Notes: a model not told the origin generated them from the sequence alone. A stretch of 64,000 bases of DNA from an uncultured virus (IMG/VR IMGVR_UViG_3300008262_000226) (IMGVR_UViG_3300008262_000226:1-64000), one strand, 5' to 3'. Counted from the first letter of the stretch, positions 52,124 to 60,574 are shown. Numbers and translations are program-made.

Positions 52124-52326
52124 TCTGATACCTCTATTGCTGTAATGGCATCTACATACACGCCAGTTCTATCTGACTTTGTTACTGCTTCGTCTGCAGT
52201 TTCAAATCTCATTGCTTTTGAAATGTCTCCTGTCCACTTAGGAGAGTCATTTTCATTGTCTTGGAAGTAAAGACAATCTCCACCAAAGACTTCTCTTGCT
52301 GCTATGTATTTCATTCGTTCCACCAT
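52120..52326 (-). CDS. hypothetical protein
   Basis: overlapping gene chain on the minus strand. Confidence 0.5.
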   Translation of the reverse strand: MVERMKYIAAREVFGGDCLYFQDNENDSPKWTGDISKAMRFETADEAVTKSDRTGVYVDAITAIEVSE

Positions 52327-52511
52327 CCTTCTTCTTTATGTATAAAAACTTTCAAATCTTTTACATACTTTCTTAATATTTGTGCTTGTTCTTCATGCCA
52401 CATATCACCTGTCTCCATACGAAGACGAGTGTGGTTGTCTATGGCTTTGAGTATTTGGTGGATTGGAGCATTCCAGCATTCCCTCTTAGGGGTGTTCCAT
52501 TCTCTTGGCAT
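52311..52511 (-). CDS. hypothetical protein
   Basis: overlapping gene chain on the minus strand. Confidence 0.6.
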   Translation of the reverse strand: MPREWNTPKRECWNAPIHQILKAIDNHTRLRMETGDMWHEEQAQILRKYVKDLKVFIHKEEGWWNE

Positions 52512-52696
52512 GGGATAACAAGTGAGTTTATATCATTATAACGAAGATATTCAAGTTGACATTGCCCAGGGCTAATCTCAACATAACCAACAATCATAAA
52601 AGCAATAAATTCCATCATTTCTTTTTGCCACCGTTCTTTGCTTTCTTCGCTGTAGCATTACCAGAGTTCTGCTTGGCATTAGCAGACTTGCCTTTT

Positions 52697-53290
52697 TTAT
52701 TTTTTGGCTTGCCCATTGTTCTGAGGAGCAGGTAACATATTATTTATCTGTGGATACTTCACAACTACATCTGAACATATCTTAGCGTAAGGGCTTTGTG
52801 GGTGAAAGCTGACACCAGATTTTATTGCTTCTCCACACTTCAATAATCTTACTAATTCAAAATCTAAACGTGCTTTATCTGCCTCGGCACTTTGTCTTTC
52901 TATTTCCGTTCGTGCTCTCTCCTTACAAAGTTCCGTTAAACTTCCATCCAGAGGAAAATTAAATCCCATACTGACACCAGCATTGCCGCTATAGGATTTG
53001 AAAGTTTCTGGATCATCACTACCGTTTCCTGTTGTTAAAACAAAAGGAGCAAAACTCATAGTGGGCCCTTGACAACTAACCCCCGCTCCGTATGTATTAA
53101 CAGCATACGGCCCTTGGAGAACTTGAACCGCTTGGTTTGTAACGTTTCCAGTAGCACTAGCACTAGGACCAGCAATGTTAGTATTACTAGGAGCTGTTTG
53201 AGCCAGCACAGGCGATACATACAAACCTACTGTGTAAATACAGATACCGAGTTTGTGGTGGATTGTGTTTCTGTTGTTCTGTCTATCCAT
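52697..53290 (-). CDS. secreted Cys-containing protein (start uncertain)
   Basis: signal-like segment ending VLA-Q. Confidence 0.6.
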   Translation of the reverse strand: MDRQNNRNTIHHKLGICIYTVGLYVSPVLAQTAPSNTNIAGPSASATGNVTNQAVQVLQGPYAVNTYGAGVSCQGPTMSFAPFVLTTGNGSDDPETFKSYSGNAGVSMGFNFPLDGSLTELCKERARTEIERQSAEADKARLDFELVRLLKCGEAIKSGVSFHPQSPYAKICSDVVVKYPQINNMLPAPQNNGQAKK

Positions 53291-53586
53291 GTTTCTTTTG
53301 CCACTCCAGGACCGAGATAAGTTTCTGAGAACTGGAATGGAGCACCTTGAGTCATGATACTATAGTTTGCTCCCTGTTGAGGAGTGCCAGGAATGTTTAT
53401 ATTAGTTCCAGTCACAGTATATGATGTGCCAGTTGTATATTCAACTTGACGAATTGTTTCTATAACTTTTGTAGTTGATTCTGTGGTTGCAGTAATAGTT
53501 CCCCTTGTGAAATTAGGAACAACCTGTTCAGCTAGGGCAGGACAAGATGACCCTAGCAGGAGCAACCCTGCTAGGATACGTCTCAT
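53227..53586 (-). CDS. secreted Thr-rich protein
   Basis: signal peptide MRRILAGLLLLGSSCPALA. Confidence 0.65.
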   Translation of the reverse strand: MRRILAGLLLLGSSCPALAEQVVPNFTRGTITATTESTTKVIETIRQVEYTTGTSYTVTGTNINIPGTPQQGANYSIMTQGAPFQFSETYLGPGVAKETWIDRTTETQSTTNSVSVFTQ

Positions 53587-54044
53587 TTGAATACGCTCAA
53601 CTCAATGCTACGTTGTGCAGTTGCTGTAGTTCCAGCACCACCAGCAGTTACGGTAGGAACACCAGTAGGTGACAATGTACCAGCAAGAGAACCTTTGTCT
53701 CCTGCTAACTGAGTAACACTATCCCCATAAAGGTTGGGAGAAGCAATAACTCCAGCACTAACTGACTGAGTGGTGACTGGTGTATCAGCAGCATTGAAAC
53801 TTTCTGAGAAAGAGAATGCTTGACCTGCTGTATTGATGTTATAAGTTCCAGCACCATTTACACCGCCAAATGATGTTGCTTGAATATTTGTTCCTGAGGC
53901 AGAATACGATGCCCCAATTCTTGTTGATTGAACCGCTGCGCCCTGTACACCCAATTGAACGGAATCAGTAATTCTTGATGTAATCTCAGCAGCACTTACA
54001 GGAGTAATAAAGAATAACGAAGAGATTAGAAGTAATCTTTTCAT
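53583..54044 (-). CDS. secreted Ser/Thr/Gly-rich protein
   Basis: signal peptide MKRLLLISSLFFITPVSA; ATAAATA on the minus strand at 54075-54081. Confidence 0.65.
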   Translation of the reverse strand: MKRLLLISSLFFITPVSAAEITSRITDSVQLGVQGAAVQSTRIGASYSASGTNIQATSFGGVNGAGTYNINTAGQAFSFSESFNAADTPVTTQSVSAGVIASPNLYGDSVTQLAGDKGSLAGTLSPTGVPTVTAGGAGTTATAQRSIELSVFK

Positions 54045-54086
54045 TGTTCTTTTGGTATTTAAAACGACCATTTCTATTTATCAAAC

Positions 54087-54115
54087 TTGACACCCAACTA
54101 AATATGTGATATTAT
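54087..54115 (+). promoter_or_regulatory. sigma70-type promoter with overlapping TAAATA
   Basis: TTGACA-17-TATTAT with extended TG. Confidence 0.6.
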
Positions 54116-54120
54116 GTTCT

Positions 54121-54247
54121 GACCCGATACTTAAGTGTCGGGTTTCGCATTATGAGAAAGTGATGTGACAATTAGTGCCGTGGAAAGTGCCCTTTGAGAA
54201 AAGGGTGTACCCCCTTTCTATACGGATGTAGAGTTCTATTAAAATTA
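54121..54247 (+). ncRNA. structured 5' leader RNA
   Basis: three consecutive stem-loop domains, one capped by a GAGA tetraloop. Confidence 0.5.
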
Positions 54248-54877
54248 ATGCAACAATTCTTTACTGTAGCCCTGCCCCTTCTGGCATCGGTTACAACCAA
54301 CGTGGCAACGATGCCGATCTTTCCTCCTTTGACGACGCCTCCAGCGCCGTTTTCTGTTATTAAGGAGTTTGAAACGACAGCGACCAAAGAGGTTGCTCCT
54401 GAAAAGCCAAAAGAGAAAAGGCTAATTTGTAAAGGGTGTTCAGAACATGAACAACTTGCCTTGGATTATTTCCAAGATCAAGGAATTAAAGACAGAAACG
54501 CCCTTGCTACCATCATGGGCAATATTAAGCAAGAATCTATGTTCGTGCCTAATATTTGTGAAGGTGGTGGTAGAGTCAGTTACTCTAGTTGCTATGGTGG
54601 CTATGGTCTGATTCAATGGACATCTGCCAACCGTTATTATGGATTGGGTGATTTCGCTAAGAAGTTTGGTGGTTCTCCATCATCACTTCACACGCAACTT
54701 CGTTATTTAACGAATGAAGTTCAGTGGAAAGAAATTGAACCGCTTATGAAAACCCCTGGTAAGTCGATTTCTCGATACATGAACTATGCGTATAGTTGGA
54801 TTGGTTGGGGCATTCATGGTGCCCGCACTTCGTATGCTCATGAGTATGCTAACCGACTGATTACGGTAGAAGTTTGA
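54248..54877 (+). CDS. exported cell-wall hydrolase (phage tail-tip lysozyme-like)
   Basis: signal-like N-terminus; IMGNIKQES, YGLIQWT. Confidence 0.75.
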   Translation: MQQFFTVALPLLASVTTNVATMPIFPPLTTPPAPFSVIKEFETTATKEVAPEKPKEKRLICKGCSEHEQLALDYFQDQGIKDRNALATIMGNIKQESMFVPNICEGGGRVSYSSCYGGYGLIQWTSANRYYGLGDFAKKFGGSPSSLHTQLRYLTNEVQWKEIEPLMKTPGKSISRYMNYAYSWIGWGIHGARTSYAHEYANRLITVEV

Positions 54878-54919
54878 ACAACTGAATAAATATGGGGGAG
54901 TGCTGCAGACCTCCCCTAT

Positions 54920-55333
54920 ATGCCTCAGTTTAATTTTCAATTTGGAAAAAAGAAACCAGATAAAAAACAAATTATAATAGTTAGTATTGTATTATCATCT
55001 ATTATTGCAGCACTCTCACAATGCACTGGAGTATCCGAAAATGGATTATGGGATTTACTGGATGAGATTCAAAGAAAATATTTCCCACAAACTATTCTTA
55101 ACGAGATTTTTATACAAGATCCTGACAAAATAGATAGAAGAATAAAACGTGATATAGATAAAGTAGTAGATGATTACTGGAAACAAACAGGATATAGAAA
55201 AGCAGAAGTATATAAACCTCGCTATATAGAAGAGGAAAACGACGAAAAGTTATGCTACAGTGATGAGTGCAAAGCACTCGCCCCTCCAATGAGACTCTGT
55301 GCTCCATGGCTTGACAACTGCCGCAAGCAGTAG
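54920..55333 (+). CDS. membrane-anchored hypothetical protein
   Basis: basic N-terminus followed by a transmembrane helix. Confidence 0.6.
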   Translation: MPQFNFQFGKKKPDKKQIIIVSIVLSSIIAALSQCTGVSENGLWDLLDEIQRKYFPQTILNEIFIQDPDKIDRRIKRDIDKVVDDYWKQTGYRKAEVYKPRYIEEENDEKLCYSDECKALAPPMRLCAPWLDNCRKQ

Positions 55334-55339
55334 TATAAT
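55311..55339 (+). promoter_or_regulatory. sigma70 promoter for tRNA-Arg/Val
   Basis: TTGACA-17-TATAAT. Confidence 0.75.
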
Positions 55340-55351
55340 ACTTACATACAT

Positions 55352-55428
<77 letters not shown>

Positions 55429-55500
55429 GGGAGATTAACTCAGCGGTAGAGTGGCTGCCTTACAAGCAGTAAGTCGTTGGTTCGAATCCGACATTTCCCA
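55429..55500 (+). tRNA. tRNA-Val(TAC)
   Basis: cloverleaf, loop CTTACAA. Confidence 0.93.
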
Positions 55501-55509
55501 TATAAGATT

Positions 55510-55740
55510 ATGAATACATACTATATCTCTTTAATAGTGCTCTGTGCGACGATATATATTATCTGGCAGGATCCAAATGTGCCAGAATATATCAACCTCA
55601 GAATAAAACTTCTTCACATCAACTTTATTCGGTGGAGAATGGCAAGAAATATGAAGCGAGAACTTGATAGAGAAGCAAAGAAAATGCAAAAAGAAATGGC
55701 AGCGTGGTTAAAAGAAAAAAATGGCAAAGATCAGATGTAA
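55510..55740 (+). CDS. small membrane protein
   Basis: ATG after tRNA-Val; N-terminal transmembrane segment. Confidence 0.6.
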   Translation: MNTYYISLIVLCATIYIIWQDPNVPEYINLRIKLLHINFIRWRMARNMKRELDREAKKMQKEMAAWLKEKNGKDQM

Positions 55741-55978
55741 TGCTTGTGGAACTGAGTTAGAAGTATACCAAGCAAATAAAAGTAAAGCATGTGGTTGTGA
55801 TAACCAAACCATGCTAAGATTAGATAGAAATGGATTGCCTATTATCACAGGTAATGATCTATCTTTGGTCACTGGTATCGAAGGTGTCAGCAAACCTAAA
55901 GAGAAAAAGCTTGACAACCCCACACCAATGGAGTATACTAAGCGCATTCCAAGAAAGATGGAGTTTGAAGTTCGCTAG
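55721..55978 (+). CDS. small zinc-ribbon protein
   Basis: CNAC...CGC. Confidence 0.65.
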   Translation: MAKIRCNACGTELEVYQANKSKACGCDNQTMLRLDRNGLPIITGNDLSLVTGIEGVSKPKEKKLDNPTPMEYTKRIPRKMEFEVR

Positions 55979-56065
55979 GAAGATTGGCTGAGAGGTCTAA
56001 AGCAGCGGTTTGCTAAACCGCCGAAGGGGTTAACTCTTCCGATGGTTCGAATCCATCATCTTCCG
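55978..56065 (+). tRNA. tRNA-Ser(GCT)
   Basis: long variable arm, loop TTGCTAA; promoter TTGACA-17-TATACT at 55911-55939. Confidence 0.93.
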
Positions 56066-56109
56066 TTGCCCTTAAGTGGGCATTTCGTAAACAGATTCAT
56101 TAAAAAAGT

Positions 56110-56472
56110 ATGAAACAATTTATTGCTCTTGCCGCTCTCCCTCTGATGGCAGCACCTGCTATGGCAGCTCCTTATGTAGAGTCGAAGACAACTACCGCTC
56201 TGGTTGATGGTGATTATACTGGTGCTCAAACTGAACTTCGTGTTGGTTATCAACAAGAAGTTGGAACTGGTGTAACCGTCTTTGGTGAAATCGGTCCTGG
56301 TTACGAGTGGCGTAATGGCGAAGATGGTCAAGGCGTTGCCGTTGGTGAAGTTGGTATCAACTTCCCTATTGCTAATCAACTCTCTGGTAAATTCAAAGTT
56401 GCTGGTGAGTATGGTTTCGATTCCGAAGTATTCGGTCTAGGTGGTGAACTGAAAGTTCGTTATAGCTTCTGA
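56110..56472 (+). CDS. small outer-membrane beta-barrel-like protein
   Basis: signal peptide, amphipathic beta strands, C-terminal RYSF. Confidence 0.7.
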   Translation: MKQFIALAALPLMAAPAMAAPYVESKTTTALVDGDYTGAQTELRVGYQQEVGTGVTVFGEIGPGYEWRNGEDGQGVAVGEVGINFPIANQLSGKFKVAGEYGFDSEVFGLGGELKVRYSF

Positions 56473-56478
56473 TAAGTT

Positions 56479-57519
56479 ATGGATCTATTAATGGGTATCT
56501 GGGAGAAGCTTCTGTTTCTCCCTTACATCATCGGCATCATGATTGTCGGTGGTCTCGTAAAACAATACGGAGTGCTTAACGAAGTATTCGTAGCACTTCG
56601 TAAAATCTTTAAGTCAAACAGACTTGTTGTTGCTGCTACCGCTTTAGCTGGTGGTGTTCTACCCATTGAAGGGCGTGTCGTTATGTCGGCACCCCTTCTG
56701 GATTCCATCGCTTCAGACAAAGCACAATCTCGTTCCAAGTTTGGCATTGTAGATTATCTTTCTACTCACCACTATTACTGGTGGTCGCCACTAGAAAAGA
56801 CTGTGGTTCTTCCGATGGCAGCATTGGGTCTATCCTATACTCAACTGTTGGGATACACTCTCGTTCCTCTACTGATTACTCTTGGTTTTGCTGGAGTATT
56901 CATCTTCAAGTATGTGAAGGAAACTGATGTAGAGATTATCCAAGAGACTCGTTCCTTTAGTTGGAATCGTCTTCTGAAAGGTTGGGCACCTATTGTTGCT
57001 ACGATGTGGTTCCTGGTTTGCTATGGCGACCCTGATATGCCTTACCTGTTCTCTGTTTGGTTTGGTGGTCTTGCTGCTTACTATTCATTCATCTGTAATG
57101 ATTGGAAGTGGGGTCGTTATATCAATTGGAAGTTTGCTGGTCTTGCAGCACTGGTTCTTACCCTTGCTGCTATCATGGGCGAGATTAAAGAACCTGTAAT
57201 GGATTACCTGAAACTGACTGCTGCTCAGGGGTCTGCTGCCCTCGTGACGGTCTCTGTGGTAGGATTCCTGGCATCGTTCGCCATGGGTTCCTCAGGTAAG
57301 TATGCTGGCATCGTCTCGCTGCTTGCCAAGGCATTTGGTCCTGGCTACTTGACATGGTTCCTCTGCGTGGAGTATGCTGGTTACATCATCTCACCGATGC
57401 ACAAGTGTCTGCTGATTGGTCAGCAATACTTTGGCACTCCTATCAAAACTTATTACAAAGTTCTTGGTATGCTAATTGCTGCATTGGTTGGTTATGGAGC
57501 ACTGACTCTAGTGTTCTAG
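56479..57519 (+). CDS. polytopic membrane protein, putative permease (DUF401/IT-superfamily-like)
   Basis: about 9-10 hydrophobic segments; THHYYWWSPL and SPMHKC motifs. Confidence 0.6.
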   Translation: MDLLMGIWEKLLFLPYIIGIMIVGGLVKQYGVLNEVFVALRKIFKSNRLVVAATALAGGVLPIEGRVVMSAPLLDSIASDKAQSRSKFGIVDYLSTHHYYWWSPLEKTVVLPMAALGLSYTQLLGYTLVPLLITLGFAGVFIFKYVKETDVEIIQETRSFSWNRLLKGWAPIVATMWFLVCYGDPDMPYLFSVWFGGLAAYYSFICNDWKWGRYINWKFAGLAALVLTLAAIMGEIKEPVMDYLKLTAAQGSAALVTVSVVGFLASFAMGSSGKYAGIVSLLAKAFGPGYLTWFLCVEYAGYIISPMHKCLLIGQQYFGTPIKTYYKVLGMLIAALVGYGALTLVF

Positions 57520-57522
57520 GGA

Positions 57523-57551
57523 TTGACAGATCTTAGACTCTCATATATAAT
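57523..57551 (+). promoter_or_regulatory. sigma70 promoter for tRNA-Ser(TGA)
   Basis: TTGACA-17-TATAAT. Confidence 0.75.
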
Positions 57552-57564
57552 ATGAGGGTCACTT

Positions 57565-57649
57565 GGAAAGGTGGTCGAGTGGTTGAAGGCTCTAGTCTTG
57601 AAAACTAGCGATGTGAAAGCATCCGTGGGTTCGAATCCCACCCTTTCCG
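57565..57649 (+). tRNA. tRNA-Ser(TGA)
   Basis: long variable arm, loop CTTGAAA. Confidence 0.93.
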
Positions 57650-57650
57650 C

Positions 57651-57774
57651 TTGGTAGTCGTTATGCAGATAGCATAGAAAGACGCCAACTTCTACTACGG
57701 GTATCTTCCGTAGTGTCGTAGATAGAGGGTAAGCCTCTGTTATATCCTTGAGGTATATTACGCTTACTCCATCA
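57651..57774 (+). ncRNA. unannotated structured RNA A
   Basis: four hairpins with complementary loops filling the tRNA spacer. Confidence 0.55.
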
Positions 57775-57848
57775 CGGAATGTAGCTCAGTTTGGTAGAGC
57801 ACTCGCTTTGGGAGCGAGATGTCGCAGGTTCGAATCCTGTCATTCCGA
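57775..57848 (+). tRNA. tRNA-Pro(TGG)
   Basis: cloverleaf, loop TTTGGGA. Confidence 0.93.
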
Positions 57849-57868
57849 TTCTTCTTTTGGAGATATTA

Positions 57869-58141
57869 ATGATTTCACAACTTGTTATTTACACCAGAGA
57901 TCAATGTGAATATTGTCGCAAACTCAAGGTTATCCTTGATAGTTTTAATGTGAAGTATACACAGTATAAACTAGATGTTGACTTTGATCGCAATCAGTTC
58001 TATAATGAGTTTGGAGAAGGTTCGACTTTTCCTCGTGTGACTCTTGATGGTCAACTGCTTGGTGGTTGCACTGAATCAATTGAATATCTAACCAGTATTG
58101 GTTGTCTGCAAGAAGAAAAAGACATGGAGTGTATGGTATGA
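57869..58141 (+). CDS. glutaredoxin
   Basis: CEYC, TFPRV, LGGCTE; GGAG SD. Confidence 0.88.
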   Translation: MISQLVIYTRDQCEYCRKLKVILDSFNVKYTQYKLDVDFDRNQFYNEFGEGSTFPRVTLDGQLLGGCTESIEYLTSIGCLQEEKDMECMV

Positions 58142-58302
58142 AAACTATTACAGAAGAAACTTTTTGCCACGACTTTGATGAAATTATGGATAAGGTAATG
58201 CTTAATAAAGAAAGTTTTATCATTTCTACATCAGATAGTAGTGATGTTCTTCTGATGCCATATGAGAATTATGAACGAATATTTAACGGGGAGTTAGCTT
58301 AG
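58138..58302 (+). CDS. Phd/YefM-like small protein
   Basis: MKTITEETF..DFDEIMDKV....ESFII......VLLMPYENY pattern. Confidence 0.5.
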   Translation: MKTITEETFCHDFDEIMDKVMLNKESFIISTSDSSDVLLMPYENYERIFNGELA

Positions 58303-58360
58303 TTGGTAGAGCGCCTGCTTTGCAAGCAGGAGGTCAGGGGTTCAAATCCCCTACTCTCCA
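58288..58360 (+). tRNA. tRNA-Ala(TGC)
   Basis: cloverleaf, G3:U70, loop TTTGCAA. Confidence 0.93.
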
Positions 58361-58372
58361 TTTAAAATTTAA

Positions 58373-58444
58373 GGGGGTATAGCTTAATGGTTAGAGCGGC
58401 CTGCTTATAACGGGTTAGTCTGGGTTCAACTCCCAGTATCCCTA
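58373..58444 (+). tRNA. tRNA-Ile(TAT)
   Basis: cloverleaf, loop CTTATAA. Confidence 0.85.
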
Positions 58445-58467
58445 TATAAAATAAACAAGGGGGTTAA

Positions 58468-58683
58468 ATGGCATATCAAAACCAAACAGATTTTGAGTAT
58501 CATCTATTTGACTTCGGAAAAAAAGTAGAGTATATTATTGCTGCTGAGATGGCAGGTAAAGAAGATGCTAATGAAGCATATAAAAAAATCAAACACTTGT
58601 TCGAAGATCTTAAAAAATTTCGTAAGCAAGAGAAGAAACAAGAACATCCATTAGACTACGATCAAATTCCTGAACGTTATTAA
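58468..58683 (+). CDS. small protein resembling a cyanobacterial hypothetical family
   Basis: FGKKVEYIIAAEMAGK...EAYKKIK. Confidence 0.6.
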   Translation: MAYQNQTDFEYHLFDFGKKVEYIIAAEMAGKEDANEAYKKIKHLFEDLKKFRKQEKKQEHPLDYDQIPERY

Positions 58684-58685
58684 TT

Positions 58686-59258
58686 ATGATTTCACAAGGA
58701 TTAGTTGAAACTGAAGATGAAGATCCTGGATTTGAGATTACTCATCTGTCATTCAGAAGACGAGAATCTTCCCAACTCTATGGTGGCCCTGTGCATTACT
58801 ATGTTGGTAATATTGTATTCCGTTTGACTAACGAGGATGCCAAAGGTCGCATGGAATACATTATGAGAGAGAATGAGAGAGTTCGTGTAGCACCAGACGA
58901 GAAGTTACACAACAAATATTATGATGGTCTTCACTTCAAGTTTGATACAAAAGAAGAAAGGGATGAAGATGGAGAAAAATTTTATCCATTAGATATCATC
59001 AACAAACATGGCATCAAAGATGAAGATGTGTTCATCTGGGGTTACCGTCGTAACATGGATCCTCTTCATGACTTCATTCAATACAATGAGAAGTTCGATT
59101 GTTACCGAATGCACGAATACTTCCAAGACACCCCAGTAGTTCGTGGTATAATACAGTATCTTCAAGACATGAAAGATGGTAAACCTAATCCAAGCCGCAC
59201 GGTCTATCATGAGCAGTTCCTCAACACGCTCACAAACCTCTGCTGGTGGTGGGACTAG
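58686..59258 (+). CDS. hypothetical protein
   Basis: 190-aa ORF ending CWWWD. Confidence 0.65.
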   Translation: MISQGLVETEDEDPGFEITHLSFRRRESSQLYGGPVHYYVGNIVFRLTNEDAKGRMEYIMRENERVRVAPDEKLHNKYYDGLHFKFDTKEERDEDGEKFYPLDIINKHGIKDEDVFIWGYRRNMDPLHDFIQYNEKFDCYRMHEYFQDTPVVRGIIQYLQDMKDGKPNPSRTVYHEQFLNTLTNLCWWWD

Positions 59259-59350
59259 AACCTGCGCCAAGTGCAAGACCGAGCACCCCCTTGACACAGA
59301 CCACTACCAAGTGGTAAAATACTTTCGTTCTGGTTTCTCCTACTATTGTA

Positions 59351-59620
59351 ATGACTGCAACAAACCAAAGCCGCGTGAAGACAATCCTTGAGCGTTTCCC
59401 TTATCGCTACGTTCAAGCAGGCACTCTTGAGATTAATGGTAAACCAGATTACCGTATTCAAAAAATGTGCTCATATACTGGTCGTTACCGTGACATGTAT
59501 CTCTGTGATAATGAAATGCAGTTCATGACAGCGATTGAAGATTTTGAGTATACCAAGTGGCTTGACCCAGACACCGTTCCATGCTATATTAAAGGAGATG
59601 ACAATGAAGAAGATGAATGA
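59351..59620 (+). CDS. conserved cyanophage hypothetical protein
   Basis: ERFPYRYV, PDYRIQK, DMYLCDN, YTKWLDP. Confidence 0.7.
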   Translation: MTATNQSRVKTILERFPYRYVQAGTLEINGKPDYRIQKMCSYTGRYRDMYLCDNEMQFMTAIEDFEYTKWLDPDTVPCYIKGDDNEEDE

Positions 59621-59825
59621 CCAAGTAAAATATCAATTGCAACGTGCAGAAGATGCACTACGTTCGGCACTTGTATTTTCTGGTGAGGAAAGTGTTTATG
59701 TAATCTCTGCTATTTCTAAGGCATTGATTGAGATTGATAATACTATGTTTGCTGAGCGTATTGAAGATGCTGCTAAGAAAGGAGATCCTGTAGCGCAAAC
59801 TTCTACTATGGTGATACTAAAATAA
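59603..59825 (+). CDS. hypothetical protein (start approximate)
   Basis: AGGAG SD near 59593; ORF track frame 59535-59825. Confidence 0.45.
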
Positions 59826-59852
59826 CTGGAAATGTAGATCTCTAAATAATTC

Positions 59853-60045
59853 TGTCTCGGGATGACATTAAAAGCGCCCTGGTGGAGTCATCCCCAATAT
59901 GCCCGTGATGGAGACACGTTAACAACCCTGGTCGGGAACCCCCTCGATGAGTTTCCAATTTCTCTAAAGAATTGGTGGTGCGGATGGGACTCTCTCCCGC
60001 CTGGTTTCTTGCCTCCAGTCAAAGGGCAAGTGGCGAGCCTGGAAT
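59853..60045 (+). ncRNA. manA-like structured RNA
   Basis: repeated GTTTC-stem-loop-GTGG modules with pseudoknots; late promoter CTAAATA at 59842; family recalled, not searched. Confidence 0.6.
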
Positions 60046-60090
60046 GGGGGTTGACAACCCCCACCACCCTCATATATAATACAGGGGTAA

Positions 60091-60167
60091 CGCGGGATGG
60101 AACAGTCTGGTAGTTCAGCGGTCTCATAAGCCGCAGGTCGCAGGTTCAAATCCTGCTCCCGCCCCCA
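60091..60167 (+). tRNA. tRNA-Met(CAT), initiator-like
   Basis: loop CTCATAA, C1:C72 mismatch, encoded CCA; promoter TTGACA (60051)...TATAAT (60075). Confidence 0.85.
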
Positions 60168-60168
60168 C

Positions 60169-60249
60169 GTCGCTGTGGCGGAATTGGTAGACGCGCTGGG
60201 TTTAGGTTCCAGTGTTTTTAACGTGGAGGTTCAAGTCCTCTCAGCGATA
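60169..60249 (+). tRNA. tRNA-Leu(TAG)
   Basis: variable arm, loop TTTAGGT. Confidence 0.9.
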
Positions 60250-60502
60250 TTGGTAGTAAGAACTGCGATAACATCAAGAGACCCTGCTACCAACTATCTG
60301 GCCAGATAGTATAAAGTTAGCCTAGTCCGAGATTGGCACGGTCGTTATGATATGCTCAAACAGACTGCTTACGTGGTCAAGCCTCTATCAGCAATCAAAA
60401 GCATGAAAAACTGGAGATTGTAACCTCCACATGTTTGTATCATGGGAGAACGCTCAAAACTACATAGTATCGTAGCAGATATATAAGTAGTGGAGAGCAC
60501 CT
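60250..60502 (+). ncRNA. unannotated structured RNA B
   Basis: multiple local and long-range helices; no ORF in the track fills the spacer. Confidence 0.5.
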
Positions 60503-60574
60503 GCGGAGTTAGTTCAGCGGTAGAACGCTATCCTTCCAAGTTAGATGTCGTCGGTTCGATTCCGATACTCCGCT
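60503..60574 (+). tRNA. tRNA-Gly(TCC)
   Basis: cloverleaf, loop CTTCCAA. Confidence 0.9.

Noticed and set aside
59862..60149. Three overlapping ORFs on both strands
   Set aside because: They overlap the manA-like RNA and tRNA-Met; GC-rich structured RNA explains the open frames
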